From Paragordius varius (Eukaryota > Animalia > Nematomorpha), in contig OZ176052.1 of the NCBI GenBank assembly GCA_964247055.1, forward strand, positions 14,260,001 to 14,324,000: a stretch of 64,000 nucleotides of DNA, written 5' to 3'. Position 1 is the first letter of the stretch; every line of letters starts with the position of its first letter. Positions 24,603 to 39,557 of the stretch are shown piece by piece. The notes under the pieces are model-generated. The model searched no databases and was not told the DNA's origin. It saw only the letters and a list, made by a program, of their open reading frames with translations. Position numbers and translations under genes: made by a program.

Positions 24603-27600
24603 TTACATTTATACTCCGATCTCGAAAATATTTGGGGTGATGATGGAACTACCATAGGGCTACCCAAAAAAAATTATAGTGACATCACCTGATCAAATTT
24701 GGATTTTAGGTAGCCATTTTTATTTTTAAAATCGTATAAAATAAATTTTTTAAATATTTAAAAAATTCATAAAAATTACATTTATAGTCCGATCACAATA
24801 TTTGGGGTGATGATGGAACTACCATAGGGCTACCCAAAAAAAATTATAGTGACATCACCTGATCAAATTTGGATTTTAGGTAGCCATTTTTATTTTTAAA
24901 ATCGTATAAAATAAATTTTTTAAATATTTAAAAAATTCATAAAAATTACATTTATAGTCCGATCCCCAAAATATTTGAGGTGATGATGGAACAACCATAG
25001 GGCTACGCAAAAAAAATTATGGCGACATCACCTGATCAAATTTGGATTTTAGGTAGCCATTTTTATTTTTAAAATCGTATAAAATAAATTTTTTAAATAT
25101 TTAAAAAATTCAAAAAAATTACATTTATACTCCGATCTCGAAAATATTTGGGGTGATGATGGAACTATTATAGGGCTACCTAAAAAAAATTATGGCGACA
25201 TCACCTGATCAAATTTAGATTTTAGGTAGCCATTTTTATTTTTAAAATCGTATAAAATAAATTTTTTAAATATTTAAAAAATTCATAAAAATTACATTTA
25301 TACTCCGATCTCGAAAATATTTGGGGTGATGATGGAACTACCATAGGGCTACCCAAAAAAAATTATAGTGACATCACCTGATCAAATTTGGATTTTAGGT
25401 AGCCATTTTTATTTTTAAAATCGTATAAAATAAATTTTTTAAATATTTAAAAAATTCATAAAAATTACATTTATAGTCCGATCACAATATTTGGGGTGAT
25501 GATGGAACTACCATAGGGCTACCCAAAAAAAATTATAGTGACATCACCTGATCAAATTTGGATTTTAGGTAGCCATTTTTATTTTTAAAATCGTATAAAA
25601 TAAATTTTTTAAATATTTAAAAAATTCATAAAAATTACATTTATAGTCCGATCCCCAAAATATTTGGGGTGATGATGGAACAACCATAGGGCTACGCAAA
25701 AAAATTTATGGCGACATCACCTGATCAAATTTGGATTTTAGGTAGCCATTTTTATTTTTAAAATCGTATAAAATAAATTTTTTAAATATTTAAAAAATTC
25801 ATAAAAATTACATTTATACTCCGATCTCGAAAATATTTGGGGTGATGATGGAACTACCATAGGGCTACCCAAAAAAAATTATAGTGACATCACCTGATCA
25901 AATTTGGATTTTAGGTAACCATTTTTATTTTTAATATCGTATAAAATAAATTTTTAAAATATTTAAAAAATTCATAAAAATTACATTTATAGTCCGATCA
26001 CAATATTTGGGGTGATGATGGAACTACCATAGGGCTACCCAAAAAAAATTATGGCGACATCACCTGATCAAATTTGGATTTTAGGTAGCCATTTTTATTT
26101 TTAAAATCGTATAAAATAAATTAAATGTTTAAAAAATTCATAAAAATTACATTTATAGTCCGATCCCCAAAATATTTGGGGATGGAATTACCATAGGGCT
26201 ACCCAAAAAAAATTATGGTGACATCACCTGATCAAATTTGGATTTTAGGTAGCCATTTTTATTTTTAAAATCGTATAAAATAAATTTTTTAAATATTTAA
26301 AAAATTCATAAAAATTACATTTATACTCCGATCTCGAAAATATTTGGGGTGATGATGGAACTACCATAGGGCTACCCAAAAAAAATTATAGTGACATCAC
26401 CTGATCAAATTTGGATTTTAGGTAGCCATTTTTATTTTAAAAATCGTCTAAAATAAATTTTTTAAATATTTAAAAAATTCAAAAAAATTACATTTATACT
26501 CCGACCTCGAAAATATTTGGGGTGATGATGGAACTACCATAGGGCTACCCAAAAAAAATTATGGCGACATCACCTGATCAAATTTGGATTTTAGGTAGCC
26601 ATTTTTATTTTTAAAATCGTATAAAATAAATTTTTTAAATATTTAAAAATTCATAAAAATTACATTTATACTCCGATCTCGAAAATATTTGGGGTGATGA
26701 TGGAACTACCATAGGGCTACCCAAAAAAAATTATAGTGACATCACCTGATCAAATTTGGATTTTAGGTAGCCATTTTTATTTTTAAAATCGTATAAAATA
26801 AATTTTTTAAATATTTAAAAAATTCATAAAAATTACATTTATAGTCCGATCACAATATTTGGGGTGATGATGGAACTACCATAGGGCTACCCAAAAAAAA
26901 TTATAGTGACATCACCTGATCAAATTTGGATTTTAGGTAGCCATTTTTATTTTTAAAATCGTATAAAATAAATTTTTTAAATATTTAAAAAATTCATAAA
27001 AATTACATTTATAGTCCGATCCCCAAAATATTTGAGGTGATGATGGAACAACCATAGGGCTACGCAAAAAAAATTATGGCGACATCACCTGATCAAATTT
27101 GGATTTTAGGTAGCCATTTTTATTTTTAAAATCGTATAAAATAAATTTTTTAAATATTTAAAAAATTCAAAAAAATTACATTTATACTCCGATCTCGAAA
27201 ATATTTGGGGTGATGATGGAACTATTATAGGGCTACCTAAAAAAAATTATGGCGACATCACCTGATCAAATTTGGATTTTAGGTAGCCATTTTTATTTTT
27301 AAAATCGTATAAAATAAATTTTTTAAATATTTAAAAAATTCATAAAAATTACATTTATACTCCGATCTCGAAAATATTTGGGGTGATGATGGAATAACCA
27401 TAGGGCTACCCAAAAAAAATTATAGTGACATCACCTGATCAAATTTGGATTTTAGGTAGCCATTTTTATTTTTAAAATCGTATAAAATAAATTTTTTAAA
27501 TATTTAAAAAATTCATAAAAATTACATTTATAGTCCGATCACAATATTTGGGGTGATGATGGAACTACCATAGGGCTACCCAAAAAAAATTATAGTGACA

Positions 27601-28717
27601 TCACCTGATCAAATTTGGATTTTAGGTAGCCATTTTTATTTTTAAAATCGTATAAAATAAATTTTTTAAATATTTAAAAAATTCATAAAAATTACATTTA
27701 TAGTCCGATCCCCAAAATATTTGGGGTGATGATGGAACAACCATAGGGCTACGCAAAAAAAATTATGGCGACATCACCTGATCAAATTTGGATTTTAGGT
27801 AGCCATTTTTATTTTTAAAATCGTATAAAATAAATTTTTTAAATATTTAAAAAATTCATAAAAATTACATTTATACTCCGATCTCGAAAATATTTGGGGT
27901 GATGATGGAACTACCATAGGGCTACCCAAAAAAAATTATAGTGACATCACCTGATCAAATTTGGATTTTAGGTAACCATTTTTATTTTTAATATCGTATA
28001 AAATAAATTTTTAAAATATTTAAAAAATTCATAAAAATTACATTTATAGTCCGATCACAATATTTGGGGTGATGATGGAACTACCATAGGGCTACCCAAA
28101 AAAAATTATGGCGACATCACCTGATCAAATTTGGATTTTAGGTAGCCATTTTTATTTTTAAAATCGTATAAAATAAATTAAATGTTTAAAAAATTCATAA
28201 AAATTACATTTATAGTCCGATCCCCAAAATATTTGGGGATGGAATTACCATAGGGCTACCCAAAAAAAATTATGGTGACATCACCTGATCAAATTTGGAT
28301 TTTAGGTAGCCATTTTTATTTTTAAAATCGTATAAAATAAATTTTTTAAATATTTAAAAAATTCATAAAAATTACATTTATACTCCGATCTCGAAAATAT
28401 TTGGGGTGATGATGGAACTACCATAGGGCTACCCAAAAAAAATTATAGTGACATCACCTGATCAAATTTGGATTTTAGGTAACCATTTTTATTTTTAATA
28501 TCGTATAAAATAAATTTTTTAAATATTTAAAAAATTCATAAAAATTACATTTATAGTCCGATCCCCAAAATATTTGGGGTGATGATGGAACTACCATAAG
28601 GCTACCCAAAAAAAATTATAGTGACATCACCTGATCAAATTTGGATTTTAGGTAGCCATTTTTATTTTTAAAATCGTATAAAATAAATTTTTTAAATATT
28701 TAAAAAATTCAAAAAAA
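24603..28717. repeat. Second copy of the 2 x 12-mer block (duplicate of 10134-14248)
   Basis: Markers at 24593, 25165, 26121, 26445, 26500, 27222 and 28178 lie exactly 14,469 bp from their counterparts. Confidence 0.93.
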
Positions 28718-29062
28718 TTACATTTATACTCCGATCTCGAAAATATTTAAGGTGATGATGGAACTACCATAGGGGTACCCAAAAAAAATTATGGCGACAT
28801 CACCTGATCAAATTTGGATTTTAGGTAGCCATTTTTATTTTTAAAATCGTATAAAATAAATTTTTTAAATGTTTAAAAAATTCATAAAAATTACATTTAT
28901 AGTCCGATCCCCAAAATATTTGGGGTGATGATGGAATTACCATAGGGCTACCCAAAAAAATTATGGTGACATCACCTAATCAAATTTGGATTTTAGGTAG
29001 CCATTTTTATTTTTAAAATCGTATAAAATAAATTTTTTAAATATTTAAAAAATTCATAAAAA

Positions 29063-32000
29063 TTACATTTATACTCCGATCTCGAAAATATTTGGGGTGA
29101 TGATGGAACTACCATAGGGCTACCCAAAAAAAATTATAGTGACATCACCTGATCAAATTTGGATTTTAGGTAGCCATTTTTATTTTTAAAATCGTATAAA
29201 ATAAATTTTTTAAATATTTAAAAAATTCATAAAAATTACATTTATAGTCCGATCCCCAAAATATTTGAGGTGATGATGGAACAACCATAGGGCTACGCAA
29301 AAAAAATTATGGCGACATCACCTGATCAAATTTGGATTTTAGGTAGCCATTTTTATTTTTAAAATCGTAAAAAATAAATTTTTTAAATATTTAAAAAATT
29401 GAAAAAAATTACATTTATACTCCGATCTCGAAAATATTTGGGGTGATGATGGAACTACCATAGGGCTACCCAAAAAAAATTATGGCGACATCACCTGATC
29501 AAATTTGGATTTTAGGTAGCCATTTTTATTTTTAAAATCGTATAAAATAAATTTTTTAAATAATTAAAAAATTCATAAAAATTACATTTATACTCCGATC
29601 TCGAAAATATTTGGGGTGATGATGGAACTACCATAGGCCTACCCAAGAAAAATTATAGTGACATCACCTGATCAAATTTGGATTTTAGGTAGCCATTTTT
29701 ATTTTTAAAATCGTATAAAATAAATTTTTTAAATATTTAAAAAATTCATAAAAATTACATTTATAGTCCGATCCCCAAAATATTTGGGGTGATGATGGAA
29801 TTACCATAGGGCTACCCAAAAAAAATTATGGTGACATCACCTGATCAAATTTGGATTTTAGGTAGCCATTTTTATTTTTAATATCGTATAAAATAAATTT
29901 TTTAAATATTTAAAAAATTCATAAAAATTACATTTATAGTCCGATCCACAAAATATTTGAGGTGATGATGGAACAACCATAGGGCTACGCAAAAAAAATT
30001 ATGGCGACATCACCTGATCAAATTTGGATTTTAGGTAGCCATTTTTATTTTTAAAATCGTATAAAATAAATTTTTTAAATATTTAAAAAATTCAAAAAAA
30101 TTACATTTATACTCCGATCTCGAAAATATTTGGGGTGATGATGGAACTACCATAGGGCTACCCAAAAAAAATTATGGCGACATCACCTGATCAAATTTGG
30201 ATTTTAGGTAGCCATTTTTATTTTTAAAATCGTATAAAATAAATTTTTAAAATATTTAAAAAATTCATAAAAATTACATTTATACTCCGATCTCGAAAAT
30301 ATTTGGGGTGATGATGGAACTACCATAGGGCTACCCAAAAAAAATTATAGTGACATCACCTGATCAAATTTGGATTTTAGGTAGCCATTTTTATTTTTAA
30401 AATCGTATAAAATAAATTTTTTAAATATTTAAAAAATTCATAAAAATTACATTTATAGTCCGATCCCCAAAATATTTGAGGTGATGATGGAACAACCATA
30501 GGGCTACGCAAAAAAAATTATGGCGACATCACCTGATCAAATTTGGATTTTAGGTAGCCATTTTTATTTTTAAAATCGTAAAAAATAAATTTTTTAAATA
30601 TTTAAAAAATTCAAAAAAATTACATTTATACTCCGATCTCGAAAATATTTGGGGTGATGATGGAACTACCATAGGGCTACCCAAAAAAAATTATGGCGAC
30701 ATCACCTGATCAAATTTGGATTTTAGGTAGCCATTTTTATTTTTAAAATCGTATAAAATAAATTTTTTAAATAATTAAAAAATTCATAAAAATTACATTT
30801 ATACTCCGATCTCGAAAATATTTGGGGTGATGATGGAACTACCATAGGCCTACCCAAGAAAAATTATAGTGACATCACCTGATCAAATTTGGATTTTAGG
30901 TAGCCATTTTTATTTTTAAAATCGTATAAAATAAATTTTTTAAATATTTAAAAAATTCATAAAAATTACATTTATAGTCCGATCCCCAAAATATTTGGGG
31001 TGATGATGGAATTACCATAGGGCTACCCAAAAAAAATTATGGTGACATCACCTGATCAAATTTGGATTTTAGGTAGCCATTTTTATTTTTAATATCGTAT
31101 AAAATAAATTTTTTAAATATTTAAAAAATTCATAAAAATTACATTTATAGTCCGATCCACAAAATATTTGAGGTGATGATGGAACAACCATAGGGCTACG
31201 CAAAAAAAATTATGGCGACATCACCTGATCAAATTTGGATTTTAGGTAGCCATTTTTATTTTTAAAATCGTATAAAATAAATTTTTTAAATATTTAAAAA
31301 ATTCAAAAAAATTACATTTATACTCCGATCTCGAAAATATTTGGGGTGATGATGGAACTACCATAGGGCTACCCAAAAAAAATTATGGCGACATCACCTG
31401 ATCAAATTTGGATTTTAGGTAGCCATTTTTATTTTTAAAATCGTATAAAATAAATTTTTTAAATATTTAAAAAATTCATAAAAATTACATTTATACTCCG
31501 ATCTCGAAAATATTTGGGGTGATGATGGAACTACCATAGGGCTACCCAAAAAAAATTATAGTGACATCACCTGATCAAATTTGGATTTTAGGTAGCCATT
31601 TTTATTTTTAAAATCGTATAAAATAAATTTTTTAAATATTTAAAAAATTCATAAAAATTACATTTATACTCCGATCTCGAAAATATTTGGGGTGATGATG
31701 GAACTACCATAGGGCTACCCAAAAAAAATTATAGTGACATTACCTGATCAAATTTGGATTTTAGGTAGCCATTTTTATTTTTAAAATCGTATAAAATAAA
31801 TTTTTTAAATATTTAAAAAATTCATAAAAATTACATTTATAGTCCGATCCCCAAAATATTTGAGGTGATGATGGAACAACCATAGGGCTACGCAAAAAAA
31901 ATTATGGCGACATCACCTGATCAAATTTGGATTTTAGGTAGCCATTTTTATTTTTAAAATCGTAAAAAATAAATTTTTTAAATATTTAAAAAATTCAAAA

Positions 32001-33041
32001 AAATTACATTTATACTCCGATCTCGAAAATATTTGGGGTGATGATGGAACTACCATAGGGCTACCCAAAAAAAATTATGGCGACATCACCTGATCCAATT
32101 TGGATTTTAGGTAGCCATTTTTATTTTTAAAATCGTATAAAATAAATTTTTTAAATATTTAAAAAATTCATAAAAATTACATTTATACTCCGATCTCGAA
32201 AATATTTGGGGTGATGATGGAACTACCATAGGCCTACCCAAGAAAAATTATAGTGACATCACCTGATCAAATTTGGATTTTAGGTAGCCATTTTTATTTT
32301 TAAAATCGTATAAAATAAATTTTTTAAATATTTAAAAAATTCATAAAAATTACATTTATAGTCCGATCCCCAAAATATTTGGGGTGATGATGGAATTACC
32401 ATAGGGCTACCCAAAAAAAATTATGGTGACATCACCTGATCAAATTTGGATTTTAGGTAGCCATTTTTATTTTTAATATCGTATAAAATAAATTTTTTAA
32501 ATATTTAAAAAATTCATAAAAATTACATTTATAGTCCGATCCACAAAATATTTGAGGTGATGATGGAACAACCATAGGGCTACGCAAAAAAAATTATGGC
32601 GACATCACCTGATCAAATTTGGATTTTAGGTAGCCATTTTTATTTTTAAAATCGTATAAAATAAATTTTTTAAATATTTAAAAAATTCAAAAAAATTACA
32701 TTTATACTCCGATCTCGAAAATATTTGGGGTGATGATGGAACTACCATAGGGCTACCCAAAAAAAATTATGGCGACATCACCTGATCAAATTTGGATTTT
32801 AGGTAGCCATTTTTATTTTTAAAATCGTATAAAATAAATTTTTTAAATATTTAAAAAATTCATAAAAATTACATTTATACTCCGATCTCGAAAATATTTG
32901 GGGTGATGATGGAACTACCATAGGGCTACCCAAAAAAAATTATAGTGACATCACCTGATCAAATTTGGATTTTAGGTAGCCATTTTTATTTTTAAAATCG
33001 TATAAAATAAATTTTTTAAATATTTAAAAAATTCATAAAAA
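29063..33041. repeat. Second copy of the 3 x 8-mer block, with one monomer missing
   Basis: taggcc at 29636, 30847 and 32231 (spacings 1211 and 1384); gacattacc at 31741 versus 17961 (offset 13,780). Confidence 0.9.
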
Positions 33042-36000
33042 TTACATTTATACTCCGATCTCGAAAATATTTGGGGTGATGATGGAACTACCATAGGGCT
33101 ACCCAAAAAAAATTATAGTGACATCACCTGATCAAATTTGGATTTTAGGTAGCCATTTTTATTTTTAAAATCGTATAAAATAAATTTTTTAAATATTTAA
33201 AAAATTCATAAAAATTACATTTATAGTCCGATCCCCAAAATATTTGGGGTGATGATGGAACTACCATAGGGCTACCCAAAAAAAATTATAGTGACATCAC
33301 CTGATCAAATTTGGATTTTAGGTAGCCATTTTTATTTTTAAAATCGTAAAAAATAAATTTTTTAAATATTTAAAAAATTCAAACAAATTACATTTATACT
33401 CCGATCTCGAAAATATTTGGGGTGATGATGGAACTACCATAGGGCTACCCAAAAAAAATTATAGCGACATCACCTGATCAAATTTGGATTTTAGGTAGCC
33501 ATTTTTATTTTTAAAATCGTATAAAATAAATTTTTTAAATGTTTAAAAAATTCATAAAAATTACATTTATAGTCCGATCCACAAAATATTTGGGGTGATG
33601 ATGGAATTACCATAGGGCTACCCAAAAAAATTATGGTGACATCACCTGATCAAATTTGGATTTTAGGTAGCCATTTTTATTTTTAAAATCGTATAAAATA
33701 AATTTTTTAAATATTTAAAAAATTCATAAAAATTACATTTATACTCCGATCTCGAAAATATTTGGGGTGATGATGGAACTACCATAGGGCTACCCAAAAA
33801 AAATTATGGTGACATCACCTGATCAAATTTGGATTTTAGGTAGCCATTTTTATTTTTAAAATCGTATAAAATAAATTTTTTAAATATTTAAAAAATTCAA
33901 AAAAATTACATTTATACTCCGATCTCGAAAATATTTGGGGGTGATGATGGAACTACCATAGGGCTACCCAAAAAAAATTATGGCGACATCACCTGATCAA
34001 ATTTGGATTTTAGGTAGCCATTTTTATTTTTAAAATCGTATAAAATAAATTTTTTAAATATTTAAAAAATTCATAAAAATTACATTTATACTCCGATCTC
34101 GAAAATATTTGGGGTGATGATGGAACTACCATAGGGCTACCCAAAAAAAATTATAGTGACATCACCTGATCAAATTTGGATTTTAGGTAGCCATTTTTAT
34201 TTTTAAAATCGTATAAAATAAATTTTTTAAATATTTAAAAAATTCATAAAAATTACATTTATACTCCGATCTCGAAAATATTTGGGGTGATGATGGAACT
34301 ACCATAGGGCTACCCAAAAAAAATTATAGTGACATCACCTGATCAAATTTGGATTTTAGGTAGCCATTTTTATTTTTAAAATCGTATAAAATAAATTTTT
34401 TAAATATTTAAAAAATTCATAAAAATTACATTTATAGTCCGATCCCCAAAATATTTGGGGTGATGATGGAACTACCATAGGGCTACCCAAAAAAAATTAT
34501 AGTGACATCACCTGATCAAATTTGGATTTTAGGTAGCCATTTTTATTTTTAAAATCGTAAAAAATAAATTTTTTAAATATTTAAAAAATTCAAACAAATT
34601 ACATTTATACTCCGATCTCGAAAATATTTGGGGTGATGATGGAACTACCATAGGGCTACCCAAAAAAAATTATGGCGACATCACCTGATCAAATTTGGAT
34701 TTTAGGTAGCCATTTTTATTTTTAAAATCGTATAAAATAAATTTTTTAAATATTTAAAAAATTCATAAAAATTACATTTATAGTCCGATCCCCAAAATAT
34801 TTGGGGTGATGATGGAACTACCATAGGGCTACCCAAAAAAAATATGGTGACATCACCTGATCAAATTTGGATTTTAGGTAGCCATTTTTATTTTTAAAAT
34901 CGTATAAAATAAATTTTTTAAATATTTAAAAAATTCATAAAAATTACATTTATACTCCGATCTCGAAAATATTTGGGGTGATGATGGAACTACCATAGGG
35001 CTACCCAAAAAAATTATAGTGACATCACCTGATCAAATTTGGATTTTAGGTAGCCATTTTTATTTTTAAAATCGTATAAAATAAATTTTTTAAATATTTA
35101 AAAAATTCATAAAAATTACATTTATACTCCGATCCCCAAAATATTTGGGGTGATGATGGAATTACCATAGGGCTACCCAAAAAAAATTATGGTGACATCA
35201 CCTGATCAAATTTGGATTTTAGGTAGCCATTTTTATTTTTAATATCGTATAAAATAAATTTTTTAAATATTTAAAAAATTCATAAAAATTACATTTATAG
35301 TCCGATCCACAAAATATTTGAGGTGATGATGGAACAACCATAGGGCTACGCAAAAAAAATTATGGCGACATCACCTGATCAAATTTGGATTTTAGGTAGC
35401 CATTTTTATTTTTAAAATCGTATAAAATAAATTTTTTAAATATTTAAAAAATTCAAAAAAATTACATTTATACTCCGATCTCGAAAATATTTGGGGTGAT
35501 GATGGAACTACCATAGGGCTACCCAAAAAAAATTATGGCGATATCACCTGATCAAATTTGGATTTTAGGTAGCCATTTTTATTTTTAAAATCGTATAAAA
35601 TAAATTTTTTAAATATTTAAAAAATTCATAAAAATTACATTTATACTCCGATCTCGAAAATATTTGGGATGATGATGGAACTACCATAGGGCTACCCAAA
35701 AAAAATTATAGTGACATCACCTGATCAAATTTGGATTTTAGGTAGCCATTTTTATTTTTAAAATCGTATAAAATAAATTTTTTAAATATTTAAAAAATTC
35801 ATAAAAATTACATTTATACTCCGATCTCGAAAATATTTGGGGTGATGATGGAACTACCATAGGGCTACCCAAAAAAAATTATAGTGACATCACCTGATCA
35901 AATTTGGATTTTAGGTAGCCATTTTTATTTTTAAAATCGTATAAAATAAATTTTTTAAATATTTAAAAAATTCATAAAAATTACATTTATACTCCGATCT

Positions 36001-37014
36001 CGAAAATATTTGGGGTGATGATGGAACTACCATAGGGCTACCCAAAAAAAATTATAGTGACATCACCTGATCAAATTTGGATTTTAGGTAGCCATTTTTA
36101 TTTTTAAAATCGTATAAAATAAATTTTTTAAATATTTAAAAAATTCAAAAAAATTACATTTATACTCCGATCTCGAAAATATTTGGGGTGATGATGGAAC
36201 TACCATAGGGCTACCCAAAAAAAATTATGGCGACATCACCTGATCTAATTTGGATTTTAGGTAGCCATTTTTATTTTTAAAATCGTATAAAATAAATTTT
36301 TTAAATGTTTAAAAAATTCATAAAAATTACATTTATACTCCGATCTCGAAAATATTTGGGGTGATGATGGAACTACCATAGGGCTACCCAAAAAAAATTA
36401 TAGTGACATCACCTGATCAAATTTGGATTTTAGGTAGCCATTTTTATTTTTAAAATCGTATAAAATAAATTTTTTAAATATTTAAAAAATTCATAAAAAT
36501 TACATTTATAGTCCGATCACAATATTTGGGGTGATGATGGAACTACCATAGGGCTACCCAAAAAAAATTATAGTGACATCACCTGATCAAATTTGGATTT
36601 TAGGTAGCCATTTTATTTTTAAAATCGTATAAAATAAATTTTTTAAATATTTAAAAAATTCATAAAAATTACATTTATAGTCCGATCCCCAAAATATTTG
36701 AGGTGATGATGGAACAACCATAGGGCTACGCAAAAAAAATTATGGCGACATCACCTGATCAAATTTGGATTTTAGGTAGCCATTTTTATTTTTAAAATCG
36801 TATAAAATAAATTTTTTAAATATTTAAAAAATTCAAAAAAATTACATTTATACTCCGATCTCGAAAATATTTGGGGTGATGATGGAACTATTATAGGGCT
36901 ATTTAAAAAAAATTATGGCGACATCACCTGATCAAATTTGGATTTTAGGTAGCCATTTTTATTTTTAAAATCGTATAAAATAAATTTTTTAAATATTTAA
37001 AAAATTCATAAAAA

Positions 37015-39557
37015 TTACATTTATACTCCGATCTCGAAAATATTTGGGGTGATGATGGAACTACCATAGGCCTACCCAAGAAAAATTATAGTGACATCAC
37101 CTGATCAAATTTGGATTTTAGGTAGCCATTTTTATTTTTAAAATCGTATAAAATAAATTTTTTAAATATTTAAAAAATTCATAAAAATTACATTTATAGT
37201 CCGATCCCCAAAATATTTGGGGTGATGATGGAATTACCATAGGGCTACCCAAAAAAAATTATGGTGACATCACCTGATCAAATTTGGATTTTAGGTAGCC
37301 ATTTTTATTTTTAATATCGTATAAAATAAATTTTTTAAATATTTAAAAAATTCATAAAAATTACATTTATAGTCCGATCCCCAAAATATTTGAGGTGATG
37401 ATGGAACAACCATAGGGCTACGCAAAAAAAATTATGGCGACATCACCTGATCAAATTTGGATTTTAGGTAGCCATTTTTATTTTTAAAATCGTATAAAAT
37501 AAATTTTTTAAATATTTAAAAAATTCAAAAAAATTACATTTATACTCCGATCTCGAAAATATTTGGGGTGATGATGGAACTACCATAGGGCTACCCAAAA
37601 AAAATTATGGCGACATCACCTGATCAAATTTGGATTTTAGGTAGCCATTTTTATTTTTAAAATCGTATAAAATAAATTTTTTAAATATTTAAAAAATTCA
37701 TAAAAATTACATTTATACTCCGATCTCGAAAATATTTGGGGTGATGATGGAACTACCATAGGGCTACCCAAAAAAAATTATAGTGACATCACCTGATCAA
37801 ATTTGGATTTTAGGTAGCCATTTTTATTTTTAAAATCGTATAAAATAAATTTTTTAAATATTAAAAAAATTCATAAAAATTACATTTATACTCCGATCTC
37901 GAATATATTTGGGGTGATGATGGAACTACCATAGGGCTACCCAAAAAAAATTATAGTGACATCACCTGATCAAATTTGGATTTTAGGTAGCCATTTTTAT
38001 TTTTAAAATCGTATAAAATAAATTTTTTAAATATTTAAAAAATTCATAAAAATTACATTTATAGTCCGATCCCCAAAATATTTGGGGTGATGATGGAACT
38101 ACCATAGGGCTACCCAAAAAAAATTATAGTGACATCACCTGATCAAATTTGGATTTTAGGTAGCCATTTTTATTTTTAAAATCGTAAAAAATAAATTTTT
38201 TAAATATTTAAAAAATTCAAACAAATTACATTTATACTCCGATCTCGAAAATATTTGGGGTGATGATGGAACTACCATAGGGCTACCCAAAAAAAATTAT
38301 GGCGACATCACCTGATCAAATTTGGATTTTAGGTAGCCATTTTTATTTTTAAAATCGTATAAAATAAATTTTTTAAATGTTTAAAAAATTCATAAAAATT
38401 ACATTTATAGTCCGATCCCCAAAATATTTGGGGTGATGATGGAATTACCATAGGGCTACCCAAAAAAATTATGGTGACATCACCTGATCAAATTTGGATT
38501 TTAGGTAGCCATTTTTATTTTTAAAATCGTATAAAATAAATTTTTTAAATATTTAAAAAATTCATAAAAATTACATTTATACTCCGATCTCGAAAATATT
38601 TGGGGTGATGATGGAACTACCATAGGGCTACCCAAAAAAAATTATGGTGACATCACCTGATCAAATTTGGATTTTAGGTAGCCATTTTTATTTTTAAAAT
38701 CGTATAAAATAAATTTTTTAAATATTTAAAAAATTCAAAAAAAATACATTTATACTCCGATCTCGAAAATATTTGGGGTGATGATGGAACTACCATAGGG
38801 CTACCCAAAAAAAATTATGGCGACATCACCTGATCAAATTTGGATTTTAGGTAGCCATTTTTATTTTTAAAATCGTATAACATAAATTTTTTAAATATTT
38901 AAAAATTTCATAAAAATTACATTTATACTCCGATCTCGAAAATATTTGGGGTGATGATGGAACTACCATAGGGCTACCCAAAAAAAATTATAGTGACATC
39001 ACCTGATCAAATTTGGATTTTAGGTAGCCATTTTTATTTTTAAAATCGTATAAAATAAATTTTTTAAATATTTAAAAAATTCATAAAAATTACATTTATA
39101 CTCCGATCTCAAAAATATTTGGGGTGATGATGGAACTACCATAGGGCTACCCAAAAAAAATTATAGTGACATCACCTGATCAAATTTGGATTTTAGGTAG
39201 CCATTTTTATTTTTAAAATCGTATAAAATAAATTTTTTAAACATTTAAAAAATTCATAAAAATTACATTTATAGTCCGATCCCCAAAATATTTGGGGTGA
39301 TGATGGAACTACCATAGGGCTACCCAAAAAAAATTATAGTGACATCACCTGATCAAATTTGGATTTTAGGTAGCCATTTTTATTTTTAAAATCGTAAAAA
39401 ATAAATTTTTTAAATATTTAAAAAATTCAAACAAATTACATTTATACTCCGATCTCGAAAATATTTGGGGTGATGATGGAACTACCATAGGGCTACCCAA
39501 AAAAAATTATGGCGACATCACCTGATCAAATTTGGATTTTAGGTAGCCATTTTTATT
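37015..39557. repeat. About 2.5-kb duplicate of 32177-34720 (offset 4838), including a 7-monomer repeat pair
   Basis: taggcc at 32231/37069; ttcaaacaaatt at 33384/38222 and 34595/39432. Confidence 0.85.
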
